Shown: piece after piece, positions 36,991 through 45,736 of the stretch
How the letters are laid out: every line of letters starts with the position of its first letter
Numbering within the stretch: position 1 is the stretch's first letter
IMG/VR virus record: IMGVR_UViG_3300031867_000024
Location: 1 to 64,000 of that record
Source: a virus
Lineage: Duplodnaviria > Caudoviricetes
DNA length: 64,000 nucleotides
Strand: one strand, 5' to 3'
The notes under the pieces: generated by a model
Seen by the model: only the letters and a program-made list of their open reading frames with translations
What the model was told of the DNA's origin: nothing
Databases searched by the model: none
Program-made: the position numbers and the translations under genes

Positions 36991-37617
36991 ATGAGCAGAG
37001 AACCGTCAATACAGCTGAAGAAGAGCCACCTGTTCAACGAATGTAACAGGGACAAGGTGTATCCGTACACCGACGCTCAATATGTGTACTACACTCAGAC
37101 AGGCACGGATGAGGAGAAGACTGTTCAGGAGGTTCTGGACGGTCTTCTCGCAAAGCCTGATGATACTCCTAAGCCAGAGGGCACAGGGCTGACTGATGAG
37201 CAGCTTGATGCTCTCAAGGCATGGCTGAAGAGTGAGCTGAAGACAGAGATTAAGCAAGAGATTGAGAACGAGATAAGGTCAAGCATAATGACTGATATAG
37301 AGCTTGCGGTGAGTGGAGCACTTCTCAAGCAGTTCTTCGATCCAGAGCTGCAAACAGAAAGTAAGCAGATCTCGCTTGAAGCTCTTACTGCTGAAAACAA
37401 CCCATACAAGGATTGCATCTTGACATTCAAGGGTACACATTCTACATACCCACAGAATATTGATGTACCTGACTTCTGGCTGCACAAGAACGCAAAGGTG
37501 GTATATAGCGATGGTGCTACGACTATGAACGTCACAGGTGACGTGAACATCAATGGTGAAGTAAATGCAAAGGGACTATATGACACGAGTGAGGAGAGCA
37601 ATGAGCAAGGGCAGTAG
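36991..37617 (+). CDS. virion fibre-associated protein
   Basis: KVYPYT...VY...TVQEVLD motif. Confidence 0.5.
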   Translation: MSREPSIQLKKSHLFNECNRDKVYPYTDAQYVYYTQTGTDEEKTVQEVLDGLLAKPDDTPKPEGTGLTDEQLDALKAWLKSELKTEIKQEIENEIRSSIMTDIELAVSGALLKQFFDPELQTESKQISLEALTAENNPYKDCILTFKGTHSTYPQNIDVPDFWLHKNAKVVYSDGATTMNVTGDVNINGEVNAKGLYDTSEESNEQGQ

Positions 37618-38017
37618 ATGTCTGTATCTGCTGCTTGTACTGCTTGTCATCATCCTGACAGGATGCTCGCCTAAGAGGCAGCTGACTGAGCAGGAGAGGA
37701 ACGACAAGGAGATACGTGAGAGGATAGTATACAGGGACAGGGTGCAACGTGACAGCGTGTTCGTCCATGACAGCATATACATGATGGTCAAGGGTGATAC
37801 GGTGTTCAGGGATAAGATAAAGTATGTGAACGTGTTCAAGTACAAGACGGACACTGCATACGTGTGCAGGATTGATACGATGTATATGATAAAGAAGGAG
37901 GTGTTCCGAGAGGAGCTGTCATTCAGGGAAAGGATGAAGATAAAGTCCTTTCCCTATCTATGTACTGGACTCGTACTTCTTGCAGGTGTAGCTTATGTAG
38001 GGTGGAAACTTAAATAA
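37601..38017 (+). CDS. unimolecular spanin-like lipoprotein
   Basis: Lipobox LTGC, beta-rich DS/DT repeats, C-terminal TM. Confidence 0.7.
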   Translation: MSKGSRCLYLLLVLLVIILTGCSPKRQLTEQERNDKEIRERIVYRDRVQRDSVFVHDSIYMMVKGDTVFRDKIKYVNVFKYKTDTAYVCRIDTMYMIKKEVFREELSFRERMKIKSFPYLCTGLVLLAGVAYVGWKLK

Positions 38018-38027
38018 ACTGGGGGGC

Positions 38028-38381
38028 ATGGAATATATATGGGAGATACTTACTCCGACACTTACGGCGATAGGTACAGGTCTTGCTGGATGGATATTCG
38101 CAAGGAGCAGGAACAAGACTGAGATAAGGCAGCTGAAGGCAGAGCTTGAGGGCAGCAAGATAGACAACCTCAACAAGGCCGCTGAGAGCTATGAGCATAT
38201 CATAGAGTACATCAGAAAGGAGAACGAGAGGCTTGTCTCCGAGATGCAGCAAAACCGTGACAAGATGGCACGTCTACTTGAGGAACAGAATGCACTCAAG
38301 ACCAAGATCATGGAGCTCACTCTTGAGGTGAACAGGCTCAATGCAGAGCTCAGCAAGTACAAGAACAAGAAGGAGAAGTAG
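38028..38381 (+). CDS. holin-like / TM + coiled-coil lysis protein
   Basis: N-terminal TM then long coiled coil, between spanin and lysozyme-like gene. Confidence 0.55.
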   Translation: MEYIWEILTPTLTAIGTGLAGWIFARSRNKTEIRQLKAELEGSKIDNLNKAAESYEHIIEYIRKENERLVSEMQQNRDKMARLLEEQNALKTKIMELTLEVNRLNAELSKYKNKKEK

Positions 38382-38406
38382 ATATGACTTATAAACATTG
38401 GTAGCT

Positions 38407-39051
38407 ATGGCAAGAACAACATCAGCCGAGGAGCTGGACGAATACTGGAATAGGAGGATACAGGAGGTCAGGAGGGCACGTGAAAAGTACTATAATGACG
38501 AGTTCGCACCCAGATTCAGAAAGTACCTGGCGAACGTCGAGGGCGCGAAGCGTGGTTTTGACAAGAAGACTGGACGATATACCACGTATGACATAAATGA
38601 CGGGAAGAACACGTTCCCTCTTGGCGTGACGTATGAGGCAGACACTGCGCTTGTCAACGGATTCTATAATAAGAATGGTGGCAAATACCTAAACGAGAAT
38701 CAGTACGACAAACTGTTCTCGAAGGTCCTGAAGAGCAAGTACGACAGGGCTACAAGGGAGTATTATGCCGCAGGAGGTAACGACTGGGACGGACTTCCAT
38801 TCGAGAAGAAGGCACTGCTCGTCGACGACAAGTATAATGGCATAAGGGGACCAAAGATGACAGCGGCGATAGCATCAAACAGAGGCAACTGGATGGATAC
38901 AATAGGTGTCAAGAATCCAAGGAGAAGTCAGGCCAGAAGACTTCTTGCCTACAACATAATACCAGAGAACTCTGGCGACATCGACAGGATAATGAGGGAT
39001 GACAGAGACACGTTGAGCATAAATCACAAGAAACCAAGGAAGTTGTTTTAA
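38407..39051 (+). CDS. lysozyme-like (GH24-related) protein
   Basis: VEG...YD..DG.NT..LG and WDGLP...KALLVD..YNG. Confidence 0.5.
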   Translation: MARTTSAEELDEYWNRRIQEVRRAREKYYNDEFAPRFRKYLANVEGAKRGFDKKTGRYTTYDINDGKNTFPLGVTYEADTALVNGFYNKNGGKYLNENQYDKLFSKVLKSKYDRATREYYAAGGNDWDGLPFEKKALLVDDKYNGIRGPKMTAAIASNRGNWMDTIGVKNPRRSQARRLLAYNIIPENSGDIDRIMRDDRDTLSINHKKPRKLF

Positions 39052-39096
39052 CATACATGTCTACGACTTATCGAACATGTAACAAAAAAAGAATAT

Positions 39097-39933
39097 ATGG
39101 CAGCATCACCAGACGTAAGGCAGGCAATGAGGGCCGCAGGCATAAACAACGGCAATGTGGACAGGATAGCCTCTGGAATTCAGCCAAGCAGCGTAGACGA
39201 CATGCTGAGGCAGAAGGAGGCTGACAGGCTCTCAGTGTATCATAAAAGTCTGAGACCTCATATATCGACAAGAAGGTACGACCCTACTAATGAGACGATA
39301 TACAGGAGGGACATTCCTCAGGATGCCTACGAGAGGATAGTGCAGGATGCCTACGACGAGTCTCTTGACGCTTACAGAAGGGCATACGGCATTACCAATG
39401 ATGGAAATGGAGGCTATGAAGGCCCTATAAAGTTCGACGGAGCTATGGGCGACGTGCTTGATGAGGCTAAGGGCAAGGAGCTCTCTGAGGACGAGAGGAG
39501 ACAGGTCAAGGACTACTATGAGAACGAGTACGATCAGCAGAAGCTCGACAAGAAGCATGCGAAGGAGCTTCAGCGGTACTCTGGCTATATTGGATACGCC
39601 TCGCTTGCTGCAAGTGGAATACCTATAGTAGGACAGCCACTGTCAATGGGCTTAGGTAGTATGTCTGTGCTTGCAGGAGCAGGCTCGAAGTACTACGAGA
39701 ACGGAAGGAAGCTGGGCTGGGAGGATGCTCCAGAAATAGCCACGGATGCCGTTCTTGAGGCGTCACCATACTTCAAGTTCACAAAGGCATTAGGCACCGC
39801 TAATAAGGTCGGCTCTAAGGCTGCACGTGCAGGAGGAGGTGGAGCACGTACTGTTCACGTGAATTTCAGAAGGCCAGGCGAGGTGCTTAACTTTGCAGAC
39901 GACACGCATAACATTCATAACTCGTTAAGATAA
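39097..39933 (+). CDS. hypothetical virion/cargo-like protein
   Basis: 278 aa with Gly/Ala-rich hydrophobic hairpin near the C-terminus. Confidence 0.55.
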   Translation: MAASPDVRQAMRAAGINNGNVDRIASGIQPSSVDDMLRQKEADRLSVYHKSLRPHISTRRYDPTNETIYRRDIPQDAYERIVQDAYDESLDAYRRAYGITNDGNGGYEGPIKFDGAMGDVLDEAKGKELSEDERRQVKDYYENEYDQQKLDKKHAKELQRYSGYIGYASLAASGIPIVGQPLSMGLGSMSVLAGAGSKYYENGRKLGWEDAPEIATDAVLEASPYFKFTKALGTANKVGSKAARAGGGGARTVHVNFRRPGEVLNFADDTHNIHNSLR

Positions 39934-39934
39934 A

Positions 39935-39972
39935 CTTAGGGCGGTGGAGATACCCTTTTCCACCGCCCTAAG
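39935..39972. terminator. bidirectional terminator between convergent blocks
   Basis: CTTAGGGCGGTGGA/TCCACCGCCCTAAG. Confidence 0.7.
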
Positions 39973-40015
39973 AAAATCATAAAACAGAATGAACGATATG
40001 TGTTTTTCTCAATAC

Positions 40016-40516
40016 CTATTTCTTACTTTCACCCTTTGATATGATGTCATCCATCTCTTTGATGACCCTTGCGAACTCTGAGAACGGAGTCTTTTTCCCA
40101 GACACACCTGCGAGATCCATTGACATAAACTCAGCAAACTTAACGAACAGCTGCTCGCACTTCTCAATCTCCTCGTCTGTCGGCATATACTTCTTTGTGT
40201 CTTTCTGCATCGACTCGTAGGTCTTGTTGCACTTCTCGACAGCACAGTTGAGGTCTTTCTCTGTGATGAAACCGTCATTTAATAGTTGATTCCAGACTAT
40301 TGATATAGGATGAGGATAGTTTCCGTGATCGCTCGTCATCAATTCATCAAAAACCTTTCCTTTCCTGATTAGGAATGATGTGAATGTAAGGTCATCCAAA
40401 TTTATTGATCCCTTATCAATTATGACCTCTCCATTATTTAGATTCGGTATAAGCTCATAGAATCTATGTGTCTTAATCTCATCTATGTATTTCTTCAGTA
40501 TCTCTTCCTTCTCCAT
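40016..40516 (-). CDS. hypothetical protein with its own -7 promoter (40536-40543)
   Basis: 166-aa AT-rich ORF, TATCTTTG upstream. Confidence 0.6.
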   Translation of the reverse strand: MEKEEILKKYIDEIKTHRFYELIPNLNNGEVIIDKGSINLDDLTFTSFLIRKGKVFDELMTSDHGNYPHPISIVWNQLLNDGFITEKDLNCAVEKCNKTYESMQKDTKKYMPTDEEIEKCEQLFVKFAEFMSMDLAGVSGKKTPFSEFARVIKEMDDIISKGESKK

Positions 40517-40572
40517 GTTTTTTATCTTTATGTCACAAAGATAACGTTTTGATATGAGAAATCAAAAGATTA

Positions 40573-42174
40573 TCATAGGTTTTCATTTGGATTATAGTTT
40601 CTTACTTGGTATTGTATATTGACTTTTATCTTGTCATTATGGTTGCTTGCATTTTGCAGGTACGAAGTGATTGTAGGCTCCGACACATACGAATAGCTCT
40701 GCGGATCAGGAACTGTCGTAGGTGCGCTAATATACGTGAAGTATGTCTTGCCACTTAATACGACTTCAAGCCTCAATGGGATCTGTCCACTTGGCTGGTC
40801 TCTTGGATCGTAATATATCCAGTCAACATCAATGGTAAGACAGCCATTGTTGTCAAGATATACTTCATCATTCTGAGATGTATGCATGATAGGACCAAAT
40901 GCTATTGAGTAATCTCCAATAGAATTAGCAGAAACCCCATGCTCATCCATTGTCATAATTGATGAAAGTATATAATTCTGCAATGTTACTTTCTTACTGT
41001 GATTGTTTATCATATAATCACAACTATATGAAACACTCGGTTGTCCAACTACGGCAGCTTCAACAGAAGCAGTACAATGAGCGTCTGCAACTGCTGACAG
41101 TGCACCTGTGCCTACGCTCCTGTAAATGGTATAATCGCTGTCGTTAGCATTGAACGTATTCACATAGTCCCCATAATGGAAGTGTATGAAACTTGCGCTA
41201 TTGCTCGATGGCAACGATATGTCTTCTGATAATGCGTTCCAGTCGGCGGCTACAGGAGTGGAGTTGCTTCCGAATGTTCTCTGATAGTACCACGTCTGCT
41301 GTCTCTCGTATGTTATGTTAGTTTGAACCTCAGACGACTTCCGTAATTGCATACTAACCGCACCGCTAAGACCACTTACATCAACCTTGTTCCAATAATT
41401 GTACTGTTCTGATGGCCCGTATATAATCTGCGTTCCATTGTTCTCAATGTAAGCCTCATAGTCTGATGGATTGTTTATAGGATTTATGTTCTGAAGATTC
41501 AGGTCGCTATCTATGCACAATATCCACAGATAGTTGTAGTTGGAGTCATTGATGATCGTGTTGTTGCTTGGTATGCTTACGAACTGCTGAGGAGTATCTG
41601 CCGTAGTGGAAAAAGCGTAGAACCATGAAACATTGTCTGTGCTTCCAGATGCACTAGTTATCATACGTACCATAGGGCTCTCAATAGTTCTGTCATACTC
41701 ACAATAGTATCTGTTAGGCCCGTCTAAGACCTTCGTATAAAGATGGTCGTGTGTTGGTATAGTATTGTTGGACGGATTCTTATAGAAAATCTCATAGTCC
41801 TGCACATCTTCATTCACAAGCTGATTATCGCAGTACATCCTAAAGTGCAAGTATGGAGTATTAGGATTGTAATAAATCAGCTGTGTGTCTGATGACAGAG
41901 TACCCCATCCAGTGACAGGCACTGCCGTGCTTGCGCTGAAGGCATATTCCCAATCATACGTATGCTGAGGCTCTGGATTGATAGGGTCAGGATCATCTGG
42001 CTCGTTTATCGCCCACGCCTTCGTTATCAGCCTGTTCCCTGTGTAGTTGTGGTTAATGCCAAGCACGTCTGCTATTGCTGCCGTTACGCACATGTGTATG
42101 TTGACTATCCCAGCAAGTGACTCTATAAGCCCCTCCTTGAACAGCTGCAAGTATGTGTATACCCTCCTTTTCAT
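40573..42174 (-). CDS. beta-rich repeat (Ig-like) virion/adhesin protein
   Basis: Three repeats W.YAFS....P / WYYQRTF...P; N/S/T/Y-rich. Confidence 0.55.
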   Translation of the reverse strand: MKRRVYTYLQLFKEGLIESLAGIVNIHMCVTAAIADVLGINHNYTGNRLITKAWAINEPDDPDPINPEPQHTYDWEYAFSASTAVPVTGWGTLSSDTQLIYYNPNTPYLHFRMYCDNQLVNEDVQDYEIFYKNPSNNTIPTHDHLYTKVLDGPNRYYCEYDRTIESPMVRMITSASGSTDNVSWFYAFSTTADTPQQFVSIPSNNTIINDSNYNYLWILCIDSDLNLQNINPINNPSDYEAYIENNGTQIIYGPSEQYNYWNKVDVSGLSGAVSMQLRKSSEVQTNITYERQQTWYYQRTFGSNSTPVAADWNALSEDISLPSSNSASFIHFHYGDYVNTFNANDSDYTIYRSVGTGALSAVADAHCTASVEAAVVGQPSVSYSCDYMINNHSKKVTLQNYILSSIMTMDEHGVSANSIGDYSIAFGPIMHTSQNDEVYLDNNGCLTIDVDWIYYDPRDQPSGQIPLRLEVVLSGKTYFTYISAPTTVPDPQSYSYVSEPTITSYLQNASNHNDKIKVNIQYQVRNYNPNENL

Positions 42175-42623
42175 ATTATCTCTATAGTTATATCCTCACA
42201 ACCTTTAAGCCTGCTCATCAGCTTCTCGAACGTCTTCCTTGAGTTCAGCACCTTCCCCTTCTCAAGATTTTGACCCACGATGAGACATCCTGCACTGTCC
42301 TCGGCAGTCGTCCCACAGTGAATAAGCACGCCCTCGAAGCCTTTGACATCTATCAGTCGTGGCAGCTTGCCACCGCATACCTTCTTGTAGAAGTCCTGCT
42401 GACTGAACTTTGGCGAGTACACGTTGAGTGTCACCTTGTATGTGCCAGATGGTATCGCCGTCTGTGCAGGAACCTTGATGCGCACTATGTCGTTCTTCAG
42501 CATCGACTGCTTCAGTCCCCTGTCCTTGTCCTCTATCGTATCGCAGAAGTACTCTCCGTTGAGGAACATCTTGCCTATCGTGTAGGTGTCCTTCTTGTAT
42601 AGCCTGTTCACTGTTATCTTCAT
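42171..42623 (-). CDS. DUF5675 family protein (putative endolysin / L,D-transpeptidase-like)
   Basis: YTIG......FCDTIED...TAIPSG.Y...VKGFEGVLIHCG...DSAGCLIVG. Confidence 0.8.
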   Translation of the reverse strand: MKITVNRLYKKDTYTIGKMFLNGEYFCDTIEDKDRGLKQSMLKNDIVRIKVPAQTAIPSGTYKVTLNVYSPKFSQQDFYKKVCGGKLPRLIDVKGFEGVLIHCGTTAEDSAGCLIVGQNLEKGKVLNSRKTFEKLMSRLKGCEDITIEII

Positions 42624-42670
42624 AGCCTTGTGTTTTCTCGTTAACCACTTGAACATGATGCAAATATAAC

Positions 42671-42702
42671 AAAAAAAAATGACTGTTTCACAACAGTCAT
42701 TC
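42671..42702 (-). terminator. intrinsic terminator after the solitary repeat
   Basis: AAUGACUGUU GUGA AACAGUCAUU + U tract. Confidence 0.8.
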
Positions 42703-42732
42703 ATGAGTTGTTATTGCCTATGATTATGGTTT

Positions 42733-42759
42733 GTTTCAATCCACGCACATAAGTGCGAC
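42733..42759 (-). CRISPR. solitary type I-C-like CRISPR repeat (no array)
   Basis: GTCGCAC TTAT GTGCG TGGATTGAAAC; matches I-C repeat ends with a shortened hairpin. Confidence 0.7.
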
Positions 42760-43014
42760 TTATTTGCATAAGAAGTTTCTACAAGCCTCGTCCGTCTTAA
42801 ACTTCACATACTTCCCTTCCGTATAGTACTTGCAACGCACGCAGAAGTACGTGCCGTCGTTAGCCCTGTTCATGAACTTCCTGTCCTCCACGGCATGAGC
42901 GCACTCTTCGCAGTAGTGGACTGCTGGCTTAGGCTTCTCCTCCTCCTTGAGCAGGCCCTGCTTTTTCAGGGCGTACTCCATCGCTATGTCCCTCTTCTTT
43001 GCCGTCTTTGTCAT
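42760..43014 (-). CDS. small Cys-rich (Zn-binding) protein
   Basis: CEEC...CVRC...C; stop abuts the CRISPR repeat. Confidence 0.6.
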   Translation of the reverse strand: MTKTAKKRDIAMEYALKKQGLLKEEEKPKPAVHYCEECAHAVEDRKFMNRANDGTYFCVRCKYYTEGKYVKFKTDEACRNFLCK

Positions 43015-43033
43015 ACAAGGTACAAGGTACAAG
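43014..43033. repeat. 7-bp tandem repeat TACAAGG x2.9 at an ORF junction
   Basis: TACAAGG TACAAGG TACAAG. Confidence 0.7.
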
Positions 43034-43133
43034 TCCGTACATTAGCCACATATCAAACATCTCCTGCAAGTCATCTGGAGAGAGATAATGATCCGTTAAG
43101 TCAATAATCGGTTCCATGCCTGCAAGCTCCATA

Positions 43134-43370
43134 CTACCACCAATATATGAGTCTGTGATTGACAACCCTTCCATGCTTGTCGAGGTAGTCCTGAAGGAAC
43201 CTGAAGTACCTCGCCCTCATTGCACGGTGAAGAGCCTCGCCGTCAATGCAGGATGCGTCATAACTACCATTGTGATAAATGGTATACATGGTTATCGAGT
43301 CCCTGCTATTCTTTATCGTATACAGGCTCGCAAACTGCCTGCGCAGCTTCTTCAGCAACTTGTTCTTCAT
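43134..43370 (-). CDS. small basic hypothetical protein
   Basis: 78-aa ORF just after the tRNA-like element. Confidence 0.55.
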   Translation of the reverse strand: MKNKLLKKLRRQFASLYTIKNSRDSITMYTIYHNGSYDASCIDGEALHRAMRARYFRFLQDYLDKHGRVVNHRLIYWW

Positions 43371-43386
43371 TGTCTTTTCTGTTTAG

Positions 43387-43491
43387 AGCCGAGGACAGGA
43401 GTCGAACCTGCGCTTCCCCCACAAAACCCGAAAAAGAGTGGAACATGCCATCGGTCGTGCATGTGACGAAACCTCTACGTCGTACCTCGGC
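43387..43491 (-). tRNA. aberrant tRNA-like RNA (10-nt anticodon loop, long variable arm)
   Basis: GCCGAGG/CCUCGGC acceptor, GACG/CGUC D stem, CAUGC/GCAUG stem with ACGACCGAUG loop, GCAGG UUCGACU CCUGU T arm; -7 promoter at 43584-43591. Confidence 0.6.
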
Positions 43492-43776
43492 AAGTTGGCG
43501 CACCGTTGTGCGCCTTGAAATTAAAACGTAAATCTATGAACAAATCAATACTGAATGTCATCACGACTCAGCTTCCTTCATCACAAAGATAGCTATTGTA
43601 ACATACTTGTCAAACTTTTAGAGCACCTTATTTCACTCTATATTAAAATTGTGCGTTTTAGGGAAGTAATAATATAATAATTTGTATAGAAGTGTATAAC
43701 ATTCGTACAATAAGGCAATAAAAAACTTCCAATCATCACGACTGGAAGTACATAAAAAAGATGAGAAATAATATTG

Positions 43777-44196
43777 CTACCTGCGTATGTAGTACCCGTT
43801 GGTACATCTTGGGCACACGCACATGGCTGAAGCAACGAACATGTTCCTTGCTATCTCGCCCTGCAGGTATGCCGCCCTTTCGCTCTTGCTGTCTACATCA
43901 TAGTATTCGCTGATGTGCTCCACGAGATGCTTCAGCTCATGCTGTATCGTGTCGTACATCTGCTCGGCTGACGAGGCATGACCTATGACGACGATTGACC
44001 TTCTCTCGTCGGTGTTCGAGATTATGTACCCGTTATCCATCGTGTCGAACAGGTGCATAAGGTCGTCCATCGGGTCCTCTGAGCCAATCGTCATGATCTC
44101 GTCACTCACTTCTATGAAATCCTCTTTTGTCACTGGGTCATAGAAGCATGTGACATTCCATGCGTCATCGCCAACATCGAATACCTGCTTTATCAT
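43777..44196 (-). CDS. HExxH zincin-like protein
   Basis: TIQHELKHLVEHI...SERAAYL. Confidence 0.65.
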   Translation of the reverse strand: MIKQVFDVGDDAWNVTCFYDPVTKEDFIEVSDEIMTIGSEDPMDDLMHLFDTMDNGYIISNTDERRSIVVIGHASSAEQMYDTIQHELKHLVEHISEYYDVDSKSERAAYLQGEIARNMFVASAMCVCPRCTNGYYIRR

Positions 44197-44585
44197 AGAT
44201 GGTCCTCCCAATGAATAGGAATGCCCAATGCGCACATCTTCGCCGTGTAGCATTCGAGGACAGCCTCTGGGCAACAGTCGGGATCAAGAAGCGTCTCGAC
44301 GACGAAGTTGCATCGTGCCGTGTCATCTTTGAGTGACTTCTGATAGTCGGCAATGGCCATGTTGTAGAGGTAGAGAGCCGTATATATCATACGCTCCTCT
44401 ATCTCCACGCCATGGTTCTTCAATATGCCCCTAAGCTCGTCTATTGACACTCGCCTGATGGGCACCATTCTGCCATTTTCTCGTACCTTCATGTTGCTCA
44501 CGGCAAATTCAGCAAGAGACTTGCTAAACTGTCCGTGGTTATAGTCCTCGTAGACTGCTCTTCCTTCAGAAACGTAGCTCCTCAT
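44193..44585 (-). CDS. conserved helical protein of the gut-phage six-gene module
   Basis: FSKSLAEFAVSNM...YLYNMAIADY...LDPD...PIHWED. Confidence 0.65.
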   Translation of the reverse strand: MRSYVSEGRAVYEDYNHGQFSKSLAEFAVSNMKVRENGRMVPIRRVSIDELRGILKNHGVEIEERMIYTALYLYNMAIADYQKSLKDDTARCNFVVETLLDPDCCPEAVLECYTAKMCALGIPIHWEDHL

Positions 44586-45457
44586 TAGATATAGTATTCT
44601 GCGTCCTTAGACCTCTTGTATGGCTTTCCATACTTCCTTGACAATCTTCCGCCACGTGCATACTCACGATCCTTAGGTCCGTAGTAGCCACCCTGACTGT
44701 CATCGTAGTAGTCGTTTTCACCACCGTAAGCAGATTCATCTATCGTTGAGGTATCTGGCTCTTCGCTTGCTCCTCGCCGACTGAAATCTACACCTGCACT
44801 AAGGTCTGTACGTGATGTTGGATTTGTAGCTCTCATCTGCTGTTCTTGCTGTAACATCTGTCTAAGTCCAGCGATAGATTTTTTTCCGAGCTTACCATCA
44901 ATAGGGCCGTCGTAAAGACCAATAGCCTTCAGTTTTCTTTGAAGAGCCTTAGCGGACTGCTGACCAAATACTCCATCAGCCTTAACTCCTAATGACTGCT
45001 GGAGCTTACCAACGCTATCTACATCTCCTAACTCTTTTAGCATCTGGCTATGATTGATGTTGTTCCAGTTTGCTTTACTTTGTTTTTTTAATGAGTTTTC
45101 AATAGATTCTAGTTTAGATATATATTTTTCTCTTTCGTCTTCAATAGATTGTAGCTCTGCATCTGTTGGAGTCGTCACATCTGTTACTGGCTTATTTGCA
45201 GTAAACTGAAGCTTTGGATTCTCAAGATCATCATATATTTTAGCTCTTATTTTAGCTCTGGTTTCTGCAATAGGTGATGGTGCATAATTATTAACACTTC
45301 CATCCTCATTTATACCTTGAAGGCCTCTATATCCATCTGCATATTCAGTTAGACTCGGAATTCTTCTATCAGAATGCCTGTATCTTTCAGCATTTTCTAC
45401 TTGAGGGAATTTCCTTCTATAGTATTCTGCCATTTCTTCAGCACTTGTACTTGCCAT
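44585..45457 (-). CDS. peptidoglycan-binding-domain protein, putative virion cargo
   Basis: KLQQSLGVKADGVFG...GLYDGPIDGKLG (PG_binding_1-like); paralogous to 59713-60888. Confidence 0.7.
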   Translation of the reverse strand: MASTSAEEMAEYYRRKFPQVENAERYRHSDRRIPSLTEYADGYRGLQGINEDGSVNNYAPSPIAETRAKIRAKIYDDLENPKLQFTANKPVTDVTTPTDAELQSIEDEREKYISKLESIENSLKKQSKANWNNINHSQMLKELGDVDSVGKLQQSLGVKADGVFGQQSAKALQRKLKAIGLYDGPIDGKLGKKSIAGLRQMLQQEQQMRATNPTSRTDLSAGVDFSRRGASEEPDTSTIDESAYGGENDYYDDSQGGYYGPKDREYARGGRLSRKYGKPYKRSKDAEYYI

Positions 45458-45474
45458 ACTTCTGTAGTATTAAA

Positions 45475-45508
45475 TTTACCTGCCGTGCTTCAAAACACGG
45501 CAGGTAAA
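45475..45508. terminator. hairpin terminator
   Basis: TTTACCTGCCGTG/CACGGCAGGTAAA. Confidence 0.65.
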
Positions 45509-45512
45509 ATGT

Positions 45513-45725
45513 TTACATATATCGTTTGCTAACTTTCTCGTCATCTGTGCGTCCCATGTCACGCATAGCGTCCTCATAGCCGCACTCATAACCGTCATTC
45601 CAGTCCTCATCATGGTCTTCTCCAGACTTGTGACCGTACTTCGCACGCATGGCATTACGCATATTCATGCGCATTCCATCTTTGTCAGTCCTGTTCTTTT
45701 TGTCGTTTACAATTATATATCCCAT
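45513..45725 (-). CDS. small charged protein (six-gene module)
   Basis: GYECGYEDAMRDM. Confidence 0.6.
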   Translation of the reverse strand: MGYIIVNDKKNRTDKDGMRMNMRNAMRAKYGHKSGEDHDEDWNDGYECGYEDAMRDMGRTDDEKVSKRYM

Positions 45726-45736
45726 TGCTTATACAA

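Noticed and set aside
42733-42759. True CRISPR array
   Set aside because: Only one good repeat, no repeat-spacer periodicity and no cas genes.
43340-43386. Theta (HDV-like) ribozyme after the tRNA-like element
   Set aside because: The next ORF starts 16 nt downstream, leaving no room and no nested double pseudoknot.
43711-43727. Self-target of the pseudo-spacer (AGGCAATAA match)
   Set aside because: Only a short, gapped, AT-rich similarity; compatible with chance.
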